Positions 1-9,856 of a stretch of DNA of 64,000 bases are shown one piece after another. How positions within the stretch are numbered: the stretch's first letter is position 1; every line of letters starts with the position of its first letter. The stretch spans positions 77,219 through 141,218 of the forward strand of contig CP175956.1 of NCBI GenBank assembly GCA_046116545.1, in the 5' to 3' direction. Below the pieces are notes generated by a model. The model made no database searches and was not told where the DNA came from. It worked only from the letters and a program-made list of their open reading frames with translations. Source of the DNA: Candidatus Moraniibacteriota bacterium (GTDB taxonomy: Bacteria > Patescibacteriota > Minisyncoccia > Moranbacterales > GCA-2747515). A program made the position numbers and the translations under genes.

Positions 1-128
1 TCGAGGCAAAAGGTCATTCTGACGTTCAATGTATTGGATCGAGTTGTCAAATAATTGGTGGTCACTCCGATTCAAATTCCTTCTTAACTATCCTGACTAA
101 GGATATAAATGAGGTAATAGTAGTTACT

Positions 129-776
129 GTGACTGCAAGAAATTCGAATGGTAATTATACTGGTGTTAGAAAAACTTTTCTTATTGGTATTGAATGGAAA
201 GATAACATCCCATTTATTGATAATAGCCGTAACTTCGTATCATTTGCCACTGATCGTCACATTGCAATTTCTGGGGATGACTTAGATGCTCTCATCGACG
301 GGAAAATTTATACATCCCGCACAGATAACCAAGGTGACTATGTCATAGACGCTGATACTCTATGCAAATATGCTGCTCTCAAAATTGATGCTGATAAAGT
401 AAAATTAGTGGCAAAAGAGATTGCAGAAGAACAATCTCTTGTTGACAAACTCAAGCAGGAGCTGACAGATCAAACTACTGCAGCAAAAGGCAGAGCTTCC
501 GTGGCACAAAATCTTGTTGATAGACTTCAACGAGAAATTCACGCACGTGAGATTGAAGTGGATGAAGTAAATCTCAGTCTTACCACTACCGCTCATGAAA
601 TAGATGACTTACAAAATGATCTCAATAATAGCTTATCTAAAAGAGATACTTGGAGAACAGCTGCTCAAAAGTTGTTAGTAGTTTGCACAGATAATTGGAA
701 AGTTTTCCCCATTCCAAATAAAATTGCTATTGAAATGAAAAACATTAACGATCTAAGCAACGACTTGCCTAAATAA
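129..776 (+). CDS. Hypothetical coiled-coil protein. The N-terminus may lie upstream; the first in-frame start is GTG at 129 after a TAA at 96-98. The region is noticeably GC-richer than the rest of the window.
   Basis: 215-aa ORF. The central part is charged and heptad-like (KEIAEEQSLVDKLKQELTDQ...). I recognise no family motif. The composition differs from neighbouring genes. Confidence 0.35.
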   Translation: MTARNSNGNYTGVRKTFLIGIEWKDNIPFIDNSRNFVSFATDRHIAISGDDLDALIDGKIYTSRTDNQGDYVIDADTLCKYAALKIDADKVKLVAKEIAEEQSLVDKLKQELTDQTTAAKGRASVAQNLVDRLQREIHAREIEVDEVNLSLTTTAHEIDDLQNDLNNSLSKRDTWRTAAQKLLVVCTDNWKVFPIPNKIAIEMKNINDLSNDLPK

Positions 777-910
777 TTTAGGATGAACCACTACTCAATG
801 ACTCCAGAAGGAATTTATATTCCCTCTGGAGTTTTTTTATTTATTTTGTATATCACTTTTGTTTCTGTAGTGGTAGAACACTGTTCTACCACTACTTGAC
901 TAATGAACAT

Positions 911-2638
911 TTACCTCACAAAACAACCATTTGGAATTTGTATATCCATGTTATTTATCTTTTTTGGACTCATTCTATACAACATCAATGTTCCAAAATT
1001 CTTTTTATCAACAACATTATGAATTTCCAACATTTCATCAGCAATATGCACCTTTGATTTTGTTCGCACTAGTACGTAATATCCTTTTCCATCAACTTGC
1101 TCCGTTTCAAAACTACTTCTTTTTATATAACATTGTGCATTATCAATTCCATTTTCAATATTTGTCAAAAAATATAATGTACGTGCATAACGGTTATCAC
1201 CAACAATTAGAAATTTAGACTCATTCTGCTCTTCACTAATATACCGAGATACTTCACGCAATTGTCCAAGTGTAATATAATCTGCACGTTTCATTATTAA
1301 ATCACGCCATTGTAGAGACGCGATTAATCGCGTCTCTACGTTATTTAAAATTGTAAAATATTGCCATGAACTCACGAGGTTGAAAATAAGCAAACAACTT
1401 ACAATGACAATGCTTACGCCAATCCCAACTCTACCAAATTTCTTTTGTAATACTTGTAATACTGTTCCAAACATAATTAAAAATACCGGAACAATCAAAA
1501 GATAAAATCGTGGAGAAATTTGATATGCCATCAATACCAAAAATATATTTACAATACCAAGCCAGAGTACGATAAGTAACTGCCTTTGATACAAATTAAG
1601 TTCAATCTGACTCTCTTTCCGTTTTTTATAACTCACAATAAATGGATATAAGAATACAATACTAATAAGTATTAAGCTACTCATTGCAACTACATGTACT
1701 GGCAATCGTTCCTTACAATCCTTATCACACAAGAAATATCCTGTTGTCGTTTTTTTTGTGCGAATATTATCTCCACCAGACTGATTTCCGGTTAATACTA
1801 CAAAATTATATGTACTTGTTTCTTGTGCACTTCTAAATATTTTTTCAGCAATGTTATGTTTATCGTCTTTGTTGCCTTTTTCAAAGATGACATTTACCAA
1901 TGACTTTGCATTTGCACCACTAGTTTGTATTTCACTAAATATCACAGGAGCATATAACAAGCAAAAAAGTCCTACTGACATAAGCATAACTCTCCAGTCT
2001 ACTTTCATCTTTGTAAATAGGATGTAAGAAATTACTATCAATGGCAGTGTCAAAAATGCTATAAAATGCAATTGCATCGCTACTGCACTAGCTCCCACCA
2101 TCACTAAGAACCAACTTTTTGAAAAAACCTTATTATCCCATGCTCGTAAAAGTCCGTACATCGACAAAGTCATCCAAAAAGGTAACGCATTAGGATTCCA
2201 AGCAAAACGACCGTATGTAATCAAAAAAAGCGATGTCGCAGCCACAGCAACTAACATTACACTTATTGAACGAGAAAAATACAATCGAGCAAATAAATAA
2301 AATAACGGTAAAAATAAAATAGAAAATAATAAATCTGGCAATGCAACAATGCTCGGACCGACTCCAAAAAAGATAGCTGGAATTGCTTGAAAATAATAAA
2401 AAATTGGACCTAAATATAATTCACTTCCCCGTGCATATGGACCAAGTAATGGAATACTACCCCCATTCAACATATCATATACAACAAATACATCTCTAGC
2501 CTGATCTAACTCAAAGTGTAATAAATCTGCATAGTTATAAACACGCAAAAAAATACCCAGTAGAATAAAAATACCAAGCAAAATATATATCACTTTATTA
2601 GATTTGATTTCTGCTAATAAGTCTTTTATTTTCAACAT
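911..2638 (-). CDS. GT-C fold polytopic membrane glycosyltransferase (ArnT/PMT-like, GT39/GT83-type)
   Basis: 575 aa with more than 10 predicted TM helices. An early extracytoplasmic loop carries an acidic motif (ELDQARDVFVVYD) resembling the DE motif of polyprenol-P-sugar-dependent GT-C enzymes. It sits next to three further GT-C paralogs. Confidence 0.55.
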   Translation of the reverse strand: MLKIKDLLAEIKSNKVIYILLGIFILLGIFLRVYNYADLLHFELDQARDVFVVYDMLNGGSIPLLGPYARGSELYLGPIFYYFQAIPAIFFGVGPSIVALPDLLFSILFLPLFYLFARLYFSRSISVMLVAVAATSLFLITYGRFAWNPNALPFWMTLSMYGLLRAWDNKVFSKSWFLVMVGASAVAMQLHFIAFLTLPLIVISYILFTKMKVDWRVMLMSVGLFCLLYAPVIFSEIQTSGANAKSLVNVIFEKGNKDDKHNIAEKIFRSAQETSTYNFVVLTGNQSGGDNIRTKKTTTGYFLCDKDCKERLPVHVVAMSSLILISIVFLYPFIVSYKKRKESQIELNLYQRQLLIVLWLGIVNIFLVLMAYQISPRFYLLIVPVFLIMFGTVLQVLQKKFGRVGIGVSIVIVSCLLIFNLVSSWQYFTILNNVETRLIASLQWRDLIMKRADYITLGQLREVSRYISEEQNESKFLIVGDNRYARTLYFLTNIENGIDNAQCYIKRSSFETEQVDGKGYYVLVRTKSKVHIADEMLEIHNVVDKKNFGTLMLYRMSPKKINNMDIQIPNGCFVR

Positions 2639-2688
2639 TTTTTCGCTATACTCTATTTATATAGTAATTATAGTTTTTTTTATCATTT

Positions 2689-4932
2689 ATGCAAAGATTC
2701 ACATTAAAAGAATATATTTCTTCTCTCATAATTTTTCTTAGCACTTGTGGAATTATTATATATAAAGTGCATTTCTTCACATCATTGCGCATTGGCACAT
2801 CTCCACGCATATTATATGCGTTTTTTATAATTGCTCTTATATCTCTAATATTTTTTCTATACAAAAACAAGAACTCAGAATTTATCAAAAATTTCCTGAT
2901 ACTCACACTACCCACTGAATTAATTCTCTTGTTAGTAAATAATTTAACTCATAAACTTCACTGGACGTTTGATGTTCTTAGTGGCCTATGGCTATTGCTT
3001 CTTGGTTTTTTCATCATTCAAAAATATACAAAAAATCACAAGAGCACAGAAAACACTGAGACTACTGCAAAACTATATACACCTGTTATCATTACGATGC
3101 TTTTAATCATATCTGTTATTCATATTTTTTTTGGTGCTTATAATTTGGGTAAAGCAGCTTATATTGACGAACGCCTCTGGACTTATAGCAATGAAAAGCG
3201 TATCGAAAAATACTGGAATAATATTTTAGAACATGATTGGAGAAATACACGTCCTAGCGATAAACCTGGTGTCACTCTAGCAATACTTTCTGGTCCATCA
3301 CTCTTATCAGTAACACCTTCTGACTTCAAAGATGACATCAACGATAAAAATGCTTTTGCTCACATGCTTTTTACAATGCGTTTGCCTATAATTATCTTTA
3401 GCACATTGGCTCTATTCTTTTTTTATCATGTACTTGGAAAACTTTTTAACCCCACAATAGGAATGCTCTCTACTGCGTTCATTGGACTCTCCCCAATACT
3501 GCTTGGCGTTAGTCGCATCATTAATCCAGATGCTTTGACATGGATTTTTATACCCTTAACACTATATGCCTATTTCACATATCAAAAAACACAAAATATT
3601 AATTGGATTTATACAACCGGTATTTTACTAGGACTTGGATTGCTTACAAAATACATTGCAAATCTTATATTTCCATTCTTTTTCATTTTACTTTTCACAC
3701 ATACGCTATTTGGTAAATATACAAAAGATCAACTACGCACCCATCTGCGCAATACACTGTCAGGAATTGGAATAATTACACTTATTGCAATAATGACATT
3801 CTATATACTTTATCCTGGAACTTGGGTGAAACTTGATCGCATATTTATCGGTACACTTTGGAGTCAACCATTTGAACCAATTTGGCAATATTTTGTTATT
3901 TTTGTCGCACTTATTGTTATCGACTTTTTCTTTAACAACTCAACAGTAATCCTATGGATATCACTGCAACTACGCAAATTCAAATCTATTATTATTGCAA
4001 TAATTCCAATTATTTTTTTGATTGTGATTTCATTTACTCTATATCATACATATCTTGCCCCACAACCAATCAACTTTGAACAAATTTTAACATCACCAAA
4101 AATAACAGCTAATGAGACTGATAGCGCTACAACATTAGAGGCCTTTGCTACAAGTTTTTATGCTCTTATATTTGGCATATCTCCAATAGCACTACTAGGT
4201 ATATTATTTACATTAATTTTTATTACTTTAAATAAATGGTCTATACCGAACATTCAACGTTCTACAATATGGAATATTTTATTATTTATTCTTATCTTTT
4301 ATTTTGGATCTATATTTAGTTCTACAATACCCACTGTACGTTATCAAATAATTTTATATCCACTGATACTTACTGTATCTGCATTTGGTTGGTACTATTT
4401 ATCTAAAATACTATTTCCACGTAATAAAACCATCTTCTTTTATGTACTTTTTGCTATTATCATTGCCACCTCCACCTATACATTTCTCACATTCAAACCT
4501 TTTTACTTTAGCTATAACAGTCCCATCCTACCCAATGGACAACTTATAAATCCTAAAGACATGGGTGATGGTAATTATGAAGCAGCACAATTTCTCAATT
4601 CACTTCCAAATGCAAAAAATCTAAATGTTTGGTCTGACAAGAGAGGTGTTTGTACATTTTTCATTGGAGATTGTGTTAGTGTCATCCGTAAATCAGATTT
4701 TATAAAGAATGGACCACATTATGATTATTTTGTAATATCTAAAGGCCGTGAAACTCGCACAGTCAATATGTCTCGTGGTTATTCACAAGGACGAATTGAT
4801 TATCCTGTACGTCTAGATTTACTATATACTGAAAATCCTGAATCTATCTTTGAATTAAATCCTGGAAATATAAGTGCAAATTACATAAAGGTAATACCAA
4901 AAGAAAATGTAAATGTCTGGCGCGGTAATTAA
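2689..4932 (+). CDS. GT-C fold membrane glycosyltransferase paralog with a C-terminal soluble domain
   Basis: 747 aa and multi-TM. It has the motifs YIDERLW (DE motif), DKPGVT, RIINPDAL and GLLTKY. The C-terminal non-TM domain motif LNSLPNAKNLNVWSD...C.FF.GDC is conserved in the next two genes. Confidence 0.5.
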   Translation: MQRFTLKEYISSLIIFLSTCGIIIYKVHFFTSLRIGTSPRILYAFFIIALISLIFFLYKNKNSEFIKNFLILTLPTELILLLVNNLTHKLHWTFDVLSGLWLLLLGFFIIQKYTKNHKSTENTETTAKLYTPVIITMLLIISVIHIFFGAYNLGKAAYIDERLWTYSNEKRIEKYWNNILEHDWRNTRPSDKPGVTLAILSGPSLLSVTPSDFKDDINDKNAFAHMLFTMRLPIIIFSTLALFFFYHVLGKLFNPTIGMLSTAFIGLSPILLGVSRIINPDALTWIFIPLTLYAYFTYQKTQNINWIYTTGILLGLGLLTKYIANLIFPFFFILLFTHTLFGKYTKDQLRTHLRNTLSGIGIITLIAIMTFYILYPGTWVKLDRIFIGTLWSQPFEPIWQYFVIFVALIVIDFFFNNSTVILWISLQLRKFKSIIIAIIPIIFLIVISFTLYHTYLAPQPINFEQILTSPKITANETDSATTLEAFATSFYALIFGISPIALLGILFTLIFITLNKWSIPNIQRSTIWNILLFILIFYFGSIFSSTIPTVRYQIILYPLILTVSAFGWYYLSKILFPRNKTIFFYVLFAIIIATSTYTFLTFKPFYFSYNSPILPNGQLINPKDMGDGNYEAAQFLNSLPNAKNLNVWSDKRGVCTFFIGDCVSVIRKSDFIKNGPHYDYFVISKGRETRTVNMSRGYSQGRIDYPVRLDLLYTENPESIFELNPGNISANYIKVIPKENVNVWRGN

Positions 4933-4985
4933 TATTAATTGTAGAGACGCGATTAATCGCGTCTCTACGTAACCATACTATTAAA

Positions 4986-6818
4986 ATGTCACTAATAAAA
5001 AATAATCTAAAATCAATAGTCTTAATTATCGCTGTTGTTTTTGTATTTGTTGGAAGTGGCTTGTATCATCTAAATCAATTTGAAACAAGTGATGAACACT
5101 TTTGGAGACTAGAACGCATCCCACAATACTGGACTGCTATAACAACACTTGACCCAGCACAAACATATATAAATGATAAACCTGGAGTCAGCGTAGCACT
5201 TGTATCTGGGATGAGTCTACCATTTACATCATTAGAACGATCATCCTATCCAGATGTACAAGAATATACAATGACACTAAATTATGCTCTCCGCCTCCCT
5301 ATCCTTTTATTCAATGGACTTGTAATGTTGCCTTTGCTCTTTTGGTTAATGACACGAGCGTTTGATAGACGTGTTGCATCTATTGGTATTATCTTAATTG
5401 GAGTAAATCCAATTCTTATTGGAATATCTCAAATTATAAATCCTGATGCTCTCCTGTGGAGTTTTAGTGCTAGTGCACTTTTTAGTTTCTTTGCACTACT
5501 GAAAACTAATGAAAAGAAGTTTATTATACTAACTGGAGTCCTTACTGGATTCGCATTACTTTCTAAATATACCGCAAACCTTTTATTTGTTTTTTATATT
5601 ATGATTGCTGGACTATGGATTATTTACACAGACATCTCTAATATAAAAAAATGGCTACGCACATTTCTTTTAAATTATTTGTTTATCTTTCTGATTTCTG
5701 TTAGCATTTTTGCACTATTTTTACCTGCTACAATTTTAGATTTATCACTGTTTTTATATGGCACAATCCTATCTCCACCCATTAAACCAATTATCATTCC
5801 ATTATTTATAAGTATTATATTACTTACTATTGATGCGTATTTTATCAAAGCTCAAGTCACTGCATCTATTACAAATCTACTCAAAAAAATAAAACTTCCA
5901 ATTTTATATATTTCTGTACTACCATTATTACTTATAATTTTATTTTCACTATTAAATGCTTGGACAGACACACAATTTATTACATTGGATAATTTAAAAG
6001 AAGTAGTTGCAGACAAACAAGAATTGAGGTTTCCTATGCTCGAGGGACTTCCTGCACCTATTTATTTTGCTGGAGAAATAGCTATACAATCTTTTAATAT
6101 ATTATTTTCTCTCACTCCAATCGTTCTTATTTTCACTCTCACAACTTTACTACTTGTTTTTTTCAAAAAAATACCAACTAAATATTATGTGCTACTTATT
6201 TTTTGCGCAATTACCCCACTTTTATTTTTTGTAGGCGGTCTTTTATCTGAAACATTTGTCAACATCCGTTACGCTATAATACTGCAACCATTATTTGCAC
6301 TTATCGCAAGTATTGGATTATCGATCATCATTCCACAAAGAAAATATTTTTTCACATTCTCTTTGATATTTATATTTTTCATTCAAAGTTTGTCAGTGTA
6401 TTATGCTGCTCCATATTATTTCAATTACCAAAATATCTTTTTACCTCAAAAATTTATACTCACAGATTCCTGGAGTTATGGGATATTTGAAGCTACTCAA
6501 TACTTAAATTCCCTACCAAATGCCCAAGATCTAACTATCTGGTCAGATCGCAAAGCTGCTTGTTATTATTTTGATGGCAAGTGCATAATGAGACGAAAAT
6601 TAGATGGCAAAAATCAATTACCTGATTATTTCATAGTTACCAGAAGAGGTGTATTGCGACATCATTTCAAATGGCAAGATGCCGAAATAGCTCCCTTCCC
6701 TGTGGAAACTATCTATACTGAATCAGTTCTAAATAATCCTCATTGGCGTTATGATATATTGAATAGACCACAAAATTATATTAAAATAATTAAAACGCAA
6801 GACATACTTAATAAATAA
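4986..6818 (+). CDS. GT-C fold membrane glycosyltransferase paralog
   Basis: 610 aa and multi-TM. It has SDEHFW, NDKPGVSVA, QIINPDAL and the C-terminal motif YLNSLPNAQDLTIWSD. A ~320-bp stretch is almost identical to the next gene. Confidence 0.5.
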   Translation: MSLIKNNLKSIVLIIAVVFVFVGSGLYHLNQFETSDEHFWRLERIPQYWTAITTLDPAQTYINDKPGVSVALVSGMSLPFTSLERSSYPDVQEYTMTLNYALRLPILLFNGLVMLPLLFWLMTRAFDRRVASIGIILIGVNPILIGISQIINPDALLWSFSASALFSFFALLKTNEKKFIILTGVLTGFALLSKYTANLLFVFYIMIAGLWIIYTDISNIKKWLRTFLLNYLFIFLISVSIFALFLPATILDLSLFLYGTILSPPIKPIIIPLFISIILLTIDAYFIKAQVTASITNLLKKIKLPILYISVLPLLLIILFSLLNAWTDTQFITLDNLKEVVADKQELRFPMLEGLPAPIYFAGEIAIQSFNILFSLTPIVLIFTLTTLLLVFFKKIPTKYYVLLIFCAITPLLFFVGGLLSETFVNIRYAIILQPLFALIASIGLSIIIPQRKYFFTFSLIFIFFIQSLSVYYAAPYYFNYQNIFLPQKFILTDSWSYGIFEATQYLNSLPNAQDLTIWSDRKAACYYFDGKCIMRRKLDGKNQLPDYFIVTRRGVLRHHFKWQDAEIAPFPVETIYTESVLNNPHWRYDILNRPQNYIKIIKTQDILNK

Positions 6819-6828
6819 TCAAAATTAT

Positions 6829-8781
6829 ATGAAAAAATTCATGAAAAAATATTTTCCACTATTATTAGCGATGTTAATCTTTGTTGGATTTGGACTTTAT
6901 CACATCAGCAAATTTGAAACAATTGATGAACACTTTTGGAAATATGATCGCATAGAAAAATATTACAACGGTCTAAGTGAACATAATCTCAAGAAAACAC
7001 GTATAAATGACAAACCTGGTGTAACAGTTGCTCTACTTACAGGAATTGGTTTACCATTCTCTCCATCATTATCAGAACATCAAATTGTAACACAAAGACA
7101 ACAATACACCATGACAAAAGATAATGGTAAAGAACGTGTTTTATATAATTTATTCAACACAAATCAAACACAACAGATAAACTACTCTCTCCGACTTCCA
7201 ATTCTTCTATTCAATGGGCTTGTCATGCTACCTTTACTCTTTTGGTTAATGACACGTGCATTTGATAGACGTGTTGCATCTATTGGTATTATCTTAATTG
7301 GAGTTAATCCGATTCTTATTGGAATATCTCAAATTATAAATCCTGATGCTCTTTTATGGAGTTTTAGTGCTGGTGCTCTTTTTAGTTTCTTTGCACTACT
7401 CAAAACAAATGAAAAAAAGTTCATTGTTCTGACTGGAGTTCTTACAGGATTTGCACTTTTATCTAAATATACTGCAAACCTTTTATTTGTTTTTTATTTG
7501 ATTTCTTATATTTTTTATACAGTACTCAACCAAAATAATGCAGAGTCTTTCAAAAATATGCTTTTGTCATTTGCAAAAAAGATGGTCGGTATCTCTATTG
7601 TTGCATGGATAACCCTTTCAGTATTCATGCCAGCTGTCATTATAACTCCAAAACATTTTCTTTATGCAACATTATACTCTCCTGTTTTTGAGCCCATAGT
7701 AAATATTTTTGCATCATTATTACATATTAAAAATTATATTATCTTTAGCAATGGCACTTATAATACATTGCCATTGGCACTTTTTTCTATGTTAATCTTT
7801 GGTTTTTTATTTATAGCGCTTCCACCATTTATTGCATTTTTATTACAAAAAAAACCAATTATAATTCTTATCATTGGTAAAATATTTATTATAATTCTTG
7901 TGCTTATTTTCGTTTTATCATTTATCAATGCCTGGTTTAATACGCCTTTCTTCTCACTTGAAAATCTCAAAGAAGTTTCTCGCTCTGAAGGGAGTGTAAC
8001 ATTTCCACAATTAGCTAATGAACCCACCCCACTATTTTGGACTAAGGCATTACTAATACAAGCACAAAATTTTATATTCTCCATCCATTCTATTGTAATA
8101 TTTTTCATATTCACAGTATTTATATTTACATTTCGCACAAAACAAATTAAATATGAATGGTTTATATACTTTGCAGCATTCATGCCGTTTGTCTTTCTTG
8201 GAGGAGCTTTAATGTCCAATGTATTTGTGAATGTCCGATATAGTCTTATGCTATATCCAATGTTCATGGCACTTGGTGCAATTGGGATTATAACTCTTTG
8301 CGACGTAATTAATTGGAAATTTAAACGCCCCCTCTTTTTAGGATTATTACTCATCACAAGTATTTATTCGCTATGGATTATCAAGCCTTTCTACTTCAAT
8401 TATACAAACTTCCTATTACCTCATAAATATGTTGTTACAGATGCTTGGGGATATGGATTTTATGAAACAGCACAATATCTAAATCAACTAGATAATTCTA
8501 AAGATATTATCGTTTGGGTTGATCGTGAAGGTCTTTGTCAGTTTTTTGAAGGCAAATGTATCACATCACGTGAAGTATATCTTGATCACACTACAGTAGA
8601 CTATCTAGTTGTCACGCGACGTGGATCTCTCATACGAGAACCAATCCCCATTACCAAAAATGAAAACTCTATGACTTTCAAAAAATACTATACGCCCCAA
8701 TATTTCAATAACCCAATTTGGGAATTAAATATTGATAATCGTCCTGGAAACTTCATAAAGATTATAAAAATTGAAAAATAA
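6829..8781 (+). CDS. GT-C fold membrane glycosyltransferase paralog
   Basis: 650 aa and multi-TM. It has IDEHFW, NDKPGVTVA, QIINPDAL and the C-terminal motif YLNQLDNSKDIIVWVD...C.FFEGKC. Confidence 0.5.
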   Translation: MKKFMKKYFPLLLAMLIFVGFGLYHISKFETIDEHFWKYDRIEKYYNGLSEHNLKKTRINDKPGVTVALLTGIGLPFSPSLSEHQIVTQRQQYTMTKDNGKERVLYNLFNTNQTQQINYSLRLPILLFNGLVMLPLLFWLMTRAFDRRVASIGIILIGVNPILIGISQIINPDALLWSFSAGALFSFFALLKTNEKKFIVLTGVLTGFALLSKYTANLLFVFYLISYIFYTVLNQNNAESFKNMLLSFAKKMVGISIVAWITLSVFMPAVIITPKHFLYATLYSPVFEPIVNIFASLLHIKNYIIFSNGTYNTLPLALFSMLIFGFLFIALPPFIAFLLQKKPIIILIIGKIFIIILVLIFVLSFINAWFNTPFFSLENLKEVSRSEGSVTFPQLANEPTPLFWTKALLIQAQNFIFSIHSIVIFFIFTVFIFTFRTKQIKYEWFIYFAAFMPFVFLGGALMSNVFVNVRYSLMLYPMFMALGAIGIITLCDVINWKFKRPLFLGLLLITSIYSLWIIKPFYFNYTNFLLPHKYVVTDAWGYGFYETAQYLNQLDNSKDIIVWVDREGLCQFFEGKCITSREVYLDHTTVDYLVVTRRGSLIREPIPITKNENSMTFKKYYTPQYFNNPIWELNIDNRPGNFIKIIKIEK

Positions 8782-8798
8782 AAAAGGCACCGCAAACT

Positions 8799-9143
8799 TC
8801 ACGGTACCTCTTCAGTAAAAATAAGATTGTATAAGTTTATACAAAATTTTACTGCATCACTCAAATGCTCACTATTACTTATTTTTTTACAAAACTCATT
8901 ATATTCCTTTTTTGATAAATTTTCCTTCAAAATAAGCATATGTCTTTCCGAAAAAGATGTGACCACAAAATTATCATAAACTAGCTTACTAGCAAAGATT
9001 ATTTGATCACCAACAAACTTTTGTTTAATGCCTTCCCTCCGCAACGATTGAACTTCCGCAGCTGTAAAAATTTGACTTGCTTTGAAAGTATGTTTTTTGT
9101 GAATACCTTCATAAATCTTTTGCGCTAACTTTTCATAATCCAT
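8799..9143 (-). CDS. Hypothetical protein
   Basis: 114-aa ORF with no recognisable motif. A plausible AT-rich upstream region is present. Confidence 0.35.
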   Translation of the reverse strand: MDYEKLAQKIYEGIHKKHTFKASQIFTAAEVQSLRREGIKQKFVGDQIIFASKLVYDNFVVTSFSERHMLILKENLSKKEYNEFCKKISNSEHLSDAVKFCINLYNLIFTEEVP

Positions 9144-9273
9144 AATGACCTCCCAGTCTCAGACTTCAATATATAAAGAACTTGTTTTTGACTAAATATA
9201 TTATCATAAATTACATCATTCGTCAACTTAAAATATTGTAAGCTCTCACACATCTAAACAAAATACACAACCA

Positions 9274-9490
9274 GTCTTTGCGAACAGAAGTGATGCTTAC
9301 TGTGTTATGTGAAGCAATCTCAAAAGTTTATAAATAATCTAACCGAGATTGCTTCGTCGTACCTCCTCCACCCAGGTGGTCCATCTACTACGCTTTAAAT
9401 TCAGAATAGTCGCTATACAGCTCCTTTCTTCATTTATCTTGAACAGAGTTCAATTTATTATGCCCTTGTGGTACACCTTGACGCAATGAC
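9274..9490. repeat. Palindromic element family A, long variant. It has unit I (gtctttgcgaaca...gtgaagcaatctc) and unit II (gagattgcttcgtcgtacctcctccacccaggtggtcc...), and extends to cttgaacagagttcaatt...caccttgacgcaatgac.
   Basis: Two-stem imperfect palindrome. gaagcaatctc pairs with gagattgcttc, and gtctttgcga pairs with tcgcaaagac. The sequence recurs at 12 or more further sites. Confidence 0.8.
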
Positions 9491-9571
9491 GCACTTTTTT
9501 GAGGCTTGTTTGAGAGTGTTAGGGATTACAAAATATTTAAATTCTATCATTTTCGTAAAACAAACTTTTTG

Positions 9572-9712
9572 GTAGGGACAGTGCCTTGTGCCTGTCCATT
9601 CAAATTTTAGAAATCCTTTATCCGGAATCTAAACTTTAATATTATAGTATAGATTCCGGACAGATTTATTTGTATTCTGATATCTCGGACAGGCACAAGG
9701 CACTGTCCCTAC
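9572..9712. repeat. Palindromic element family C. A 26-bp inverted-repeat pair (gtagggacagtgccttgtgcctgtcc / ggacaggcacaaggcactgtccctac) flanks about 90 bp that contain a nested palindrome (ccggaatctaaac...tagattccgg).
   Basis: The perfect 26-bp inverted repeats are read directly from the sequence. Single arms recur at 15751..15776 and, degenerate, at 45184..45241. Confidence 0.75.
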
Positions 9713-9856
9713 CAAATAATATCTTCCGGAATGGCACAGGCCTATGTTTATTTGTTAATTGAGATTGGGTGTAGTATGTAAAATTCTTGAATTCTAACCA
9801 ATTTAAAAAGACATGACTAACATCATGTCTTTTTATTAAAATTTCATTTTTGAAAT

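Noticed and set aside
931-1218. Numerous short ORFs antisense to, or nested in, large genes (for example 931-1218, 7758-8357, 10476-10787, 16097-16339, 35186-35623, 60728-61516)
   Set aside because: They overlap well-supported CDSs on the opposite strand or in another frame. They have AT-rich low-complexity translations typical of spurious ORFs in low-GC genomes.
8786-8808. Hairpin ggcaccg-N9-cggtacc as a terminator between convergent genes at 8781/8799
   Set aside because: The stem has a mismatch and is not followed by a T-run on either strand. It is too weak to call.
9144-9856. tRNA or other structured RNA genes in the long intergenic regions (9144-9856, 15212-15981, 45091-45514)
   Set aside because: No GTTCRAnnC T-loop-like motifs or cloverleaf-compatible segments were seen. 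The structure present is explained by the palindromic repeat families.
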